Part shown: one piece after another, positions 17,284 to 25,013 of the stretch
How positions within the stretch are numbered: position 1 is the stretch's first letter
How the letters are laid out: each line of letters starts with the position of its first letter
Assembly: GCF_000020025.1 (NCBI RefSeq)
Contig: NC_010628.1
Span: 2,340,001-2,372,000, forward strand
DNA from: Nostoc punctiforme PCC 73102
Lineage (GTDB): Bacteria; Cyanobacteriota; Cyanobacteriia; Cyanobacteriales; Nostocaceae
Length of the DNA stretch: 32,000 nucleotides
Reading direction: 5' to 3'
Position numbers and translations under genes: made by a program
Notes under the pieces: generated by a model
Told to the model about the DNA's origin: nothing
The model's input: the letters and a program-made list of their open reading frames with translations, nothing else
Database searches by the model: none

Positions 17284-18342
17284 ATGTATAAAATATACGT
17301 AGATCCGTATTTACTTGTTTATCCTCAAGCAAATTCGGGAATTGATGAATTTGAAAACTATATTCATAGCCTAATTTCATGGGGCGAGGAAATAAAAAAA
17401 ATAAAGGAAGCTAATTTAGCTACATTATATTTGTCTGCAAAAACTCCTGAAATATTAGCTAATATTAATGGATATCCAGAAAGAAATGAGTTAGAAAAAT
17501 TAATTGTAGATTTAAATTTACAAAATGAAATAGATCCTCATGATATATTAATTTTAATTGAAAGCTTCTTAAAACTTCCTTTTGTTGAAGACAGACTTAA
17601 TATAAATGCAATATTAATCGATAATATACAGTGTGACCCTGTTTTTTACCTTGATGGAAGAAATGAGATTTTTGTACAAATTTATTATGAATTAACAGTT
17701 TTAATATTTTTGTTATGCAAAATCGAAAATTTATCCAATAAACATCAAATCATAGTTACCCGCTATATACAGGCAGAAAATACACAGATTTTAATAGAAT
17801 GTGAAATAGTAGATTGTGAATTTTGTAATAATTCATGCCATGTAAACATTCCGTATGATGTTAGTATTTCTTTGCAATCCTTTGTCAATCCGAATAGTTT
17901 ACATAATTATTTTGATGCTTTAGATATTTGGATTAATGCTAATCAGTGTGAAGAAGTTTATAAAAAAGCTATTACTATTTTTGTTACGCAGACAAATAAG
18001 CAATTAGAAAAGCCAAAACCTATCAATGAAATTACTTATTGGTTATTTGGTAGCCGTTTATTAAAAAGCTTAAAAGATTTAGGTTTTCTAGATGAACATA
18101 TAAAAACTAAAATGTTACTTCGTACTTGTGCTGAAATAATTTTAAAACAAAATATGGGTGATACTCATTGGTTGAGAACAGGTAAAGGTGCAAATAATCC
18201 TCAGAAAAAGCGTAAAAAGGATGGAACCAAAGCTTGGAGAAGAGATATTGATCACGAATATCATTTACATTATTGGGAAACAGAGCGTGGTATAGAATTC
18301 GCTTCAGTTGTAATTCATAATGATATGAAAATTCCTGAATAG
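17284..18342 (+). CDS. orphan protein (352 aa), putative effector partner of the ATPase
   Basis: Long ORF 26 nt downstream of the ATPase on the same strand, with the same AT-rich composition. Cys cluster 'CEIVDCEFCNNSCH' (aa 172-186). Basic patch 'KKRKKDGTK'. C-terminal 'AWRRDIDHEYHLHYWETERGIEFASVVIHND' is reminiscent of RelE/YoeB-fold toxins. Confidence 0.8.
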   Translation: MYKIYVDPYLLVYPQANSGIDEFENYIHSLISWGEEIKKIKEANLATLYLSAKTPEILANINGYPERNELEKLIVDLNLQNEIDPHDILILIESFLKLPFVEDRLNINAILIDNIQCDPVFYLDGRNEIFVQIYYELTVLIFLLCKIENLSNKHQIIVTRYIQAENTQILIECEIVDCEFCNNSCHVNIPYDVSISLQSFVNPNSLHNYFDALDIWINANQCEEVYKKAITIFVTQTNKQLEKPKPINEITYWLFGSRLLKSLKDLGFLDEHIKTKMLLRTCAEIILKQNMGDTHWLRTGKGANNPQKKRKKDGTKAWRRDIDHEYHLHYWETERGIEFASVVIHNDMKIPE

Positions 18343-18379
18343 CTTTACAGTTTTGCGAAAGAGTGCTGGTTACTAGGTT

Positions 18380-18565
18380 GCTTTATGCTTAGAAAATAGA
18401 CTGATAGGACTAGGGATAAATCAAGAAGCAGCAATCAAGTAACTTAATGAAGCGATCGCATCTTTTTTGGAAGTCTATAAAATAGAATCTGATATTTACT
18501 GTACTTCAGTAAGTACAGAAGAATTACATGAGTTTTTGACAGTGGAAAACACTAAATTCATCTGA
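18380..18565 (+). pseudogene. possible degraded HicB/UPF0150-like antitoxin fragment
   Basis: Hand translation gives ALCLENRLIGLGINQEAAIK*LNEAIASFLEVYKIESDIYCTSVSTEELHEFLTVENTKFI*. 'QEAAIK-LNEAIASFLE' resembles the HicB 'EEAlxNlkEAIelyLE' helix. There is an in-frame stop at 18440-18442 and no N-terminal part. Confidence 0.25.
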
Positions 18566-18853
18566 TAAATCCATACTTTGAATCAAGCTAATCGCCTTTA
18601 ACTACACATTATACATTGAATTGAATGTATATTCTGAAACACAGCTATTCCTGGTAATCAAAGATAAATACTTGCTTTCCTCACAAGTTCCTCAAATTGT
18701 TTTGCTATATATAAATATGGGGCGAAAACCTTTAAGAATATTTAAAATTCAAAAATCGCTAAACATAGTTGAGGAATTAGTCATTTTTGACAATCCAGCA
18801 TTTGGAAATCTGAAACAGTAAAGACCAATTACCAATGAAATAGGAGGTCTATT

Positions 18854-19393
18854 ATGATGTTTAAAAAGATTTTAGTTGCATTAGATCGCTCGGAAATAGG
18901 GCAACAGGTTTTTCAAGAAGCATTGAGTTTAGCAAAGTTAACACAAGCTAGCTTAATGTTAGTCCATGTCCTATCTCCAGAAGAAGAGGGTAGTCCTTAT
19001 GTACCTATGATGTCTAATTTTGACTACTATCCAGGATTGAGTAGTCAAAGCTTTGAGTTATACCAAAAGCAGTGGGATAACTTTAAAAATTTGGGAATCC
19101 AGATGTTGCAATCTTTCTGTGCCCAAGCTAATACAGCAGGTGTAAATACAGAATTTACACAAAATGTTGGTAATCCTGGCAGGATTATTTGTGACTTAGC
19201 CCATAGTTCTGGCACTGACCTAATTGTTATGGGGCGGCGGGGTCATTCTGGGCTGATGGAACTATTTCTTGGTAGTGTGAGTAACTACGTTCTTCACCAT
19301 GCTCCTTGTTCGGTTCATGTTGTGCATCTTTCAGCTGCTGTTAAAAAAGATGAAGTTGTCAAAGAAACTACAAGTACTTTAAGCGTTAACTAA
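18854..19393 (+). CDS. universal stress protein (UspA family)
   Basis: 'FKKILVALDRSE...' and 'VMGRRGHSGLMELFLGSVSNYVLHHAPCSVHVV'. An aggagg Shine-Dalgarno sequence lies 6 nt upstream. Confidence 0.9.
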   Translation: MMFKKILVALDRSEIGQQVFQEALSLAKLTQASLMLVHVLSPEEEGSPYVPMMSNFDYYPGLSSQSFELYQKQWDNFKNLGIQMLQSFCAQANTAGVNTEFTQNVGNPGRIICDLAHSSGTDLIVMGRRGHSGLMELFLGSVSNYVLHHAPCSVHVVHLSAAVKKDEVVKETTSTLSVN

Positions 19394-19426
19394 CTACTAC
19401 TTTGTCAAACTAGTTTTGAGGGTTTG

Positions 19427-19473
19427 TAGTAAGGACTTTAGTATTTAGAAAAGAAAGACTAAAGTCCTTACTA
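19427..19473 (+). terminator. 16-bp perfect hairpin tagtaaggactttagt-N15-actaaagtccttacta downstream of usp
   Basis: Read directly. A related motif, aggactaaagtcc, recurs at 20281-20293, so it may be a dispersed repeat rather than a dedicated terminator. Confidence 0.45.
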
Positions 19474-19648
19474 GTAACTTGCTTACCATCAATTTAAACT
19501 TGACAGACTACTAATATTGCATAAATCATAGCCAGCCAAATTCTGAATTTGGTTTATTTTCAACTACCCAATTACCTCAATTAATGGCCTCTATAGAGTT
19601 AAATCGCTACAGACTATCCTTAACTGCACGGTATTAGGCTAAAATTGA

Positions 19649-19677
19649 GCGTAGGCGTAGCCCGTCGTAGACATTGC
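19649..19677 (+). repeat. 29-nt dispersed repeat gcgtaggcgtagcccgtcgtagacattgc
   Basis: Matches 9748-9776 with few mismatches. It lies 64 nt upstream of the probable start at 19741. Confidence 0.75.
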
Positions 19678-19740
19678 TTTTTCAGTGAAGAAGAAAAAGT
19701 CCTCTACCCAAAATTAGAGTTGAGAGCAAAAAGTGGATCT

Positions 19741-20106
19741 ATGAAAGAAGATACCATTGAGATCGCTGGTTTTCATGCTCATGTTTACTTCGATGCTGCG
19801 AGTCGGGATGTCGCTGCGCGTGTACGTGAAGGATTGGGCGCTAGATTTGAAGTGCAACTCGGACGCTGGTTTGACAAGCCTATTGGGCCCCACCCAAAAG
19901 GGATGTATCAAGTTGCTTTCTTACCGAATCAGTTTGATAAAGTCGTTCCTTGGTTAATGCTTAATCGTGAGGGATTAGATATTCTTGTCCACCCTGAGAC
20001 AGGCGATGCTGTCTCAGACCACGCGGTTTATTCTCTCTGGTTAGGAGAACAGTTAGATTTGAATATTGAGTTTCTTCGACAACTTAGTTCGACTTCATCC
20101 AATTAA
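19741..20106 (+). CDS. DOPA 4,5-dioxygenase family protein
   Basis: 'IAGFHAHVYFD...GPHPKGMYQVAF...VPWLMLNREGLDILVHPETGD...DH' fits the family. The ATG at 19741 is preferred because the upstream extension is repeat-encoded. Confidence 0.8.
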   Translation: MKEDTIEIAGFHAHVYFDAASRDVAARVREGLGARFEVQLGRWFDKPIGPHPKGMYQVAFLPNQFDKVVPWLMLNREGLDILVHPETGDAVSDHAVYSLWLGEQLDLNIEFLRQLSSTSSN

Positions 20107-20145
20107 GGGAAGTAGCGCACTTTGTTGGGTAAAAGTTATGGGCTA

Positions 20146-20259
20146 ATACCGTTTTTTTGTGAAGCTGCATATATTTACCCCCCGGCTGTCGCCGTCCCCC
20201 CTTGCCAAGGGGGGACTACAGGGGGTTTTGTTATGTGCATCTTCATAGAGAATTGGTAT
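20146..20259. repeat. MITE-like palindromic repeat with a central G/C hairpin
   Basis: Central hairpin gtcccccctt-gcc-aaggggggac (20194-20216). The imperfect terminal inverted repeats ataccgtttttttgtgaagctgcatat / atgtgcatcttcatagagaattggtat match about 19/27. Confidence 0.5.
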
Positions 20260-20312
20260 AAGGCGTGAAACTTGATGATGAGGACTAAAGTCCCGACTAC
20301 AAACTTCTGATG

Positions 20313-21701
20313 TTAATTTTCATATAATTCAACTACGGGTAAACCTTTTTTGGGAATACTGCTGAGAAAGCGTTCTCGAATTGAATCTAATTTATAACTA
20401 CAAATTAAACTTAGTATGCCAATTAAAACTGGTGTGATGACTATGTTTATAGGTAGATTAATTACGATTAGTAACAATGCTAAAATCGTCAATCCTAGCG
20501 TCAAAGTTTGACAAAAACTTTTGACTTTATCTATCATAACTAGAGATTGTCGACAACTAGGGCAATGCTTTGTATGTCTGTGCCAGATATCGTATAATTG
20601 CTCATCACTTAATTCTTGAAAAGGTGCTTCTGCTACTCCCTGCAATGCAGGTTTACCACCGGCAAATTCATCTAACCATTTCCGAAAAGTAACAATGCCA
20701 ATATCAGCTACTGAAGGCATAAAATATGACTTTTGCCAAGTTTTATTCACCACAGATTCGTTAACAGCTTGAGAGTGCATCATTGATAAATCTTGGTTAC
20801 TCAACTTATAGCTAGATGAATGTTTTAACCCAGTTTGCAAATATTTTGGCAGAAGCTCAAACCAAAAATTCCCTTTTTGTGGAAGGCTATCAGCAATAAA
20901 TTTACCAATTTGTTTACAATAACCTGACTTGGTAGGCACAAAATACAACTGGAATAAAGCAGATTTACCGTTAGAATATTTATAGCTTGTTGTATTAGAA
21001 CAAGGTGGAGTGAACTTCCTAGTCGCATCCATATCTTTGTTAAAAATATTGTAACCAGAATGTTCTAACGTAAAACCATCTTCAGCAGATATTTCTCCAA
21101 ATACTTCAAAATTTTGTATAGGTATTGCTCTTTCTGGAGAAAATCCAGCAATTCCTTTATGCAAAAATTGAGCGTGAGAAGGATCAAAACTACTTTCAAC
21201 CGAGACAGTGTAACCAACAGGAACTTCTGACATAAACCAATCGGTCAACGAGCTATCAAGTTGAGATTCTGGCATCAGGGCAGGTTGCTTGGAAGTACTA
21301 TCTTTAAAGGCAGTAGGACTATTATCTGCCCAGATCCACAGTAATCCTTGTAGTACTTGAGTTGGGTATGTTGTTACTTGCGATCGCTCACTATTACAAG
21401 CAGCTTTTAAAGCCTTTTCGTCACTCAACATCGGAATATTTGTACATTTTCCTGCCCCATCGAAACACCAACCATGATGGCGACACATTAGGTTTCCATT
21501 TTCATTAATACTTCCTAAAGATAACTGCGCCAATTTATGGGGGCAACTATCATCCATTGCTACCCACTTTTGATGTTTGTCTCTCCAGATTACCAGCTTT
21601 TTTCCAAGCAAAGTCATAGGGGTCGGATAAGAGGGTTCCAGGTAGCTGACGGGAGTTATTGGATACCACTGTTTAGTCCAAGAGAAGCTAGTTATCATCA
21701 A
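20313..21701 (-). CDS. Rieske [2Fe-2S] non-heme iron oxygenase of the PAO/Tic55/Ptc52 family
   Basis: Rieske motif 'CPHKLAQLS...CRHHGWCF', mononuclear iron motif 'DPSHAQFLH', family-typical 'HCPSCRQS' CxxC, and C-terminal TM helices. Confidence 0.9.
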   Translation of the reverse strand: MMITSFSWTKQWYPITPVSYLEPSYPTPMTLLGKKLVIWRDKHQKWVAMDDSCPHKLAQLSLGSINENGNLMCRHHGWCFDGAGKCTNIPMLSDEKALKAACNSERSQVTTYPTQVLQGLLWIWADNSPTAFKDSTSKQPALMPESQLDSSLTDWFMSEVPVGYTVSVESSFDPSHAQFLHKGIAGFSPERAIPIQNFEVFGEISAEDGFTLEHSGYNIFNKDMDATRKFTPPCSNTTSYKYSNGKSALFQLYFVPTKSGYCKQIGKFIADSLPQKGNFWFELLPKYLQTGLKHSSSYKLSNQDLSMMHSQAVNESVVNKTWQKSYFMPSVADIGIVTFRKWLDEFAGGKPALQGVAEAPFQELSDEQLYDIWHRHTKHCPSCRQSLVMIDKVKSFCQTLTLGLTILALLLIVINLPINIVITPVLIGILSLICSYKLDSIRERFLSSIPKKGLPVVELYEN

Positions 21702-21766
21702 ATTAACTAATGTATTTAACTTTTTTAATTAGGTTTGCGTCGCCTACCCGCAACACCATACTGATA

Positions 21767-22651
21767 CTAAAAGGGATTAGCCTCTGTCACCACTTCTGGC
21801 AGTGGAATAAACTCTGTTTCTTCTGACACGTTAGCAAAGCGGCAATCTTGCCAATCGGCTTTTGCTTGCTCTATCCGCTCTGGTCGGCTAGAAACAAAAT
21901 TCCACCATTTGTAGCGTGTACCCAATGGTTCACCACCAATAACAATACACCGAGCAGGAGCAGCAGCAGAAACCCTGATTTCATCTGCTGGTTCTACGAT
22001 GGCAAGGCGATATGGTTCTAGCGGTTGCTCATTAATGCTCAAACCTTCTGTGACGCTGTATACTGCCCTCTCTGAATAACCAGTGGGGATAGTAAACTGA
22101 GCATTGGCAGACAGTATTACATCTAAATAGAGAATAGGTGAGAAAACTTTGACTGGTGAGGTGTACCCAAGTGCAACTCCTGCAATGAGTTTGATGATAG
22201 CGCCATTTTCTTCCCAGGTAGGAAGGGTTTGGGCAGGATAGTGAGTGAAGCTTGGATCGATTTCTTCGTATTCTACAGGCAAGGCGACCCAGGTTTGAAT
22301 GCCATGAATGGTAGTTTCTTTTTGACGATCGCTGTCTGGCGATCGCTCCGAATGTACAATCCCTTTTCCCGCCGTCATCCAGTTTACAGCACCCTGTTGA
22401 ATTTCCTGCACAGTACCTAAACTATCGCGGTGCATCAAAGCACCATCAAATAGGTAAGTTACGGTGGCAAGATTGATATGAGGATGTGGTCGGACATCGA
22501 TACCTTTGTTGGGTGGCAAAACAGACGGCCCAACATGATCAAAGAAGATAAACGGCCCAACCATTTGACGATGAAGATATGGCAAACTGCGGCGGGCAAC
22601 AAACCCACCCAAATCTTTAACTTCAGGTTCAATCAGTTGAAGTATTGCCAT
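21767..22651 (-). CDS. pirin family protein
   Basis: 'RPHPHINLATVTYLFDG...HRDSLG...WMTAGKGIVHSE'. The ATG at 22651 (MAILQLIEPEV) is preferred over the longer ORF reaching 22702. Confidence 0.9.
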   Translation of the reverse strand: MAILQLIEPEVKDLGGFVARRSLPYLHRQMVGPFIFFDHVGPSVLPPNKGIDVRPHPHINLATVTYLFDGALMHRDSLGTVQEIQQGAVNWMTAGKGIVHSERSPDSDRQKETTIHGIQTWVALPVEYEEIDPSFTHYPAQTLPTWEENGAIIKLIAGVALGYTSPVKVFSPILYLDVILSANAQFTIPTGYSERAVYSVTEGLSINEQPLEPYRLAIVEPADEIRVSAAAPARCIVIGGEPLGTRYKWWNFVSSRPERIEQAKADWQDCRFANVSEETEFIPLPEVVTEANPF

Positions 22652-22721
22652 AAGTGATGGGGGGTGATTGGTAAATGCTGGAATCATTATAAGTAGATCC
22701 ACCAGAAAAAAGCTAACCTTT

Positions 22722-23063
22722 ATGAGTTATTTGTTTGTGCGATCGCTTCTGGCGGGCGCTTCGTGCCATCGCTCCCTTGCAAATCGCGATCGCGACAAGT
22801 ACCGCCATCCCGCCGAAACTCTAAAATTCTTTGGTTTACGCCCCAACATGACCGTGGTTGAATTATGGACAGGGAGTGGGTGGTATACCGAGATATTAGC
22901 CCCATTTCTAGCATCAAAGGGACAACTCATAGTTACTAACTCTGCCACTAGCAGTAAACCCACCTTGGCTTTTCAACAGAAGCTAGCAGTTAATCCAGAG
23001 GTTTTTGGTAAGGTCAAAAGGATAGGGAACGCGTCGTTACTATTGGAGAGAGCGATCGCATGA
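22722..23063 (+). pseudogene. N-terminal fragment of a class I SAM-dependent methyltransferase-like protein (likely truncated)
   Basis: 'RDKYRHPAETLKFFGLRPNMTVVELWTGSGWYTEILAPFL' resembles the N-terminal half of ~250-aa secreted methyltransferase-like proteins. The ORF stops after 113 aa, before the expected C-terminal half. Confidence 0.45.
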
Positions 23064-23249
23064 CCCTAAAGTTTGTCAAACCCAAAGCCCCGTAAAGAAG
23101 GGAAAAGGCAGTATTCCAACTGAGCCTACTGCTTCAGACAAAGGCGATCGCACTGAGACTGCATTCAAGCGCACATATAGCGTTTTGTAAGGAAGCTTCT
23201 CGTAGAGAAAAGAGAAAAAATCGAAGCTGCCATGAAATAACAATTCAAC

Positions 23250-23277
23250 TTAATAGTACCCTTGAGGGTACTATTAA
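23250..23277 (+). terminator. 12-bp perfect hairpin ttaatagtaccc-ttga-gggtactattaa followed by a T-rich run
   Basis: Read directly. 'atacatttttta' follows the stem. Confidence 0.5.
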
Positions 23278-23496
23278 ATACATTTTTTAGTTGATATCGT
23301 AGCTTTGAAGTACAGCGATGAAGGCAATCTTTTCTCTAACTAGCATTAAAAATTACAGGTTCAACAAAATAACCAGTTTCAAGTGTAATTACAGCCACAA
23401 ATCTTGTGAATAAGTGGCTCTAGCTTTTATTCCAGGTACAAATTATCTTTATCAGCTTCATAACTCAATATTTGTGCTTTGAATATATGAAGCTAT

Positions 23497-24204
23497 GTGA
23501 ATACATTACTTATGTCAATAATTTATCCCCTAACACATTTAAGTCTTGCATTGATCGAATGGGTGTTAATAGGCTGGGCAATTCGTCTGTGGCAGCAATC
23601 AACCAGCTTTGCAATGATGGTCTTGCCTATAGTGCTATTGAGCATTAGCTATGACAATCTCATTCTTTCAATAGGAAGTTTTATTGGTGCAGGAGAGCTT
23701 TTGAAAACTCTCAGTATGCTGCGCTTTCTATTACATTATTTAGTTGTACCGCTATTCATTGTGATTGGTGTTGAACTCGCTCACCGCGCCGGAGCTAGTT
23801 GGGCCAATGGAGTAATGCGGGTTTTATCTGCGATCGTTGCATTGGGACTTGCAACGATAGATATTGCCACTCATTATATAGGACTGGAACTAGTTCCAAT
23901 AGAGTTTGCGGGAATTCTACGCTATCATGTTGCCAACTTAAGTGGCCCGCCAATTATCACAATTGTAGTTAATATATTTGTCCTACTAATTGGCATTGGT
24001 ATTTGGTTCCGACTGAAATTGCCTTGGTTATTTTTGGGAACGTTGATTTCCTTTTTTGGTAATGCTTTGCCCTCAGATATAGTAGGTACACTTGCTGGTA
24101 GTGCATCTGAATTTGTCATGGCTATAGGTTTACTGTTAACTGAGGAGTTTTCCCAAAAAACGAAACAAAAAATTATAAGGGAAAGTCTGTTGATAAACAG
24201 GTAA
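23497..24204 (+). CDS. polytopic membrane protein, unknown function
   Basis: 235-aa ORF with about 6-7 hydrophobic segments. It has a GTG start; an alternative ATG lies at 23512. Confidence 0.6.
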   Translation: MNTLLMSIIYPLTHLSLALIEWVLIGWAIRLWQQSTSFAMMVLPIVLLSISYDNLILSIGSFIGAGELLKTLSMLRFLLHYLVVPLFIVIGVELAHRAGASWANGVMRVLSAIVALGLATIDIATHYIGLELVPIEFAGILRYHVANLSGPPIITIVVNIFVLLIGIGIWFRLKLPWLFLGTLISFFGNALPSDIVGTLAGSASEFVMAIGLLLTEEFSQKTKQKIIRESLLINR

Positions 24205-24207
24205 ATT

Positions 24208-24333
24208 ATGAAAAAAGTAATTATTATCCGTGGTGGAATTGGCAGTGCTACAACTGCGCTTGCCCTGAGTCGTGCTGGTCTTGAGCCTGTTGTATTTAAT
24301 GAGGTTAATTGTGTAAATATTCTTTACATTTAA
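24208..24333 (+). pseudogene. N-terminal remnant of an FAD-dependent monooxygenase (41 codons)
   Basis: Hand translation gives MKKVIIIRGGIGSATTALALSRAGLEPVVFNEVNCVNILYI*. This is a Rossmann dinucleotide-binding beta-alpha-beta unit with a degraded GxGxxG (IRGGIGS), ending after 41 aa. Confidence 0.5.
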
Positions 24334-24422
24334 TTTGATTTCATTCATTGACTCTTAATGCAGCTCGCTACAATAAAATATAGTTTTTCTCTCTGAAATC
24401 TGAAAGAAATCTAAGGTTTTAT

Positions 24423-24767
24423 ATGATTATGCGCCTTCCCATAATTGCTATCACCTTTCTGGTTGCCAGTCTTACTACAGGTACAATTTTGAGTGTTGCT
24501 GCTCCAGCTTCAGCTCAGGAAATAATAACTTGTTCAAGCCAGAATAATCGAAGGAATACTTGTTCGATAAATACAAGAGGCAGAGTGAGGCTTGTCAGGC
24601 AATTTTCTAACGCCAGTTGTAGAGGAAATTGGGGCTATGGAAGAAATCGTATTTGGGTGAAAAATGGTTGTCGAGCTGAGTTTTCAGTTGGCGGTCGTAG
24701 AAACGGCAGATATGACATAAACGACAGATATGACAGAGATAGCAGATATGACAGAGATGGCAGATAG
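24423..24767 (+). CDS. secreted DUF3011-like protein with C-terminal RYD repeats
   Basis: Signal peptide 'MRLPIIAITFLVASLTTGTILSVAAPASAQE'. 'CSSQNNRRNTCSI...VRLVRQFSNASCRGNWGYGRNRIWVKNGCRAEF' fits DUF3011. The tail is 'RYDINDRYDRDSRYDRDGR'. Confidence 0.75.
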   Translation: MIMRLPIIAITFLVASLTTGTILSVAAPASAQEIITCSSQNNRRNTCSINTRGRVRLVRQFSNASCRGNWGYGRNRIWVKNGCRAEFSVGGRRNGRYDINDRYDRDSRYDRDGR

Positions 24768-24935
24768 TCAAATGGGTATCTCATCAACATATAGGACTCA
24801 TATTTGATTGCGTGAAAAAACTCCGTACAACTCAAAAAGCCTTCTTTCTTATTGCCTATTGCCTTCCCACGCAAGTAAATATGGCTACGCTCCCGTGAGG
24901 GATACAAAAATCAAATCCAGACTTTTTCTCCATAA

Positions 24936-24965
24936 AAAAGCCCAGCATCTTTTAACTGGGCTTTT
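24936..24965. terminator. bidirectional intrinsic terminator between convergent genes
   Basis: aaaagcccag-N10-ctgggctttt forms a 10-bp stem including A/T tracts on both sides. It sits between the DUF3011 (+) and hsp20 (-) genes. Confidence 0.7.
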
Positions 24966-25013
24966 AGATATCTCAATCAATTATTGAAGGTAGAGTAGTT
25001 TCATCAAAATCAA

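Noticed and set aside
15344-18342. Assigning the ATPase pair to Septu, PARIS or Gabija
   Set aside because: I could not find the motifs required in the partner or the ATPase: HNH for PtuB, DUF4435/Toprim for AriB, or a fused Toprim as in GajA/OLD. The resemblance is architectural only, so I report the pair as unclassified.
18611-18630. Near-palindrome atacatt-gaattg-aatgtat upstream of usp
   Set aside because: It has short 7-bp arms in very AT-rich sequence and lies about 230 nt from the start codon. It is likely fortuitous.
15334-18673. 10-nt direct repeat ataaatactt at 15334-15343 and 18664-18673, considered as possible target-site duplication of the AT-rich island
   Set aside because: A 10-mer made of 9 A/T plus one C is plausibly matched by chance between two AT-rich flanks of a few hundred bp. 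No integrase, tRNA or inverted terminal repeats support it.
18621-18821. 66-aa ORF in the spacer upstream of usp
   Set aside because: It has a TTG start, no Shine-Dalgarno sequence and low-complexity AT-driven composition (I/K/L/N/F-rich). It lies in the island's non-coding flank.
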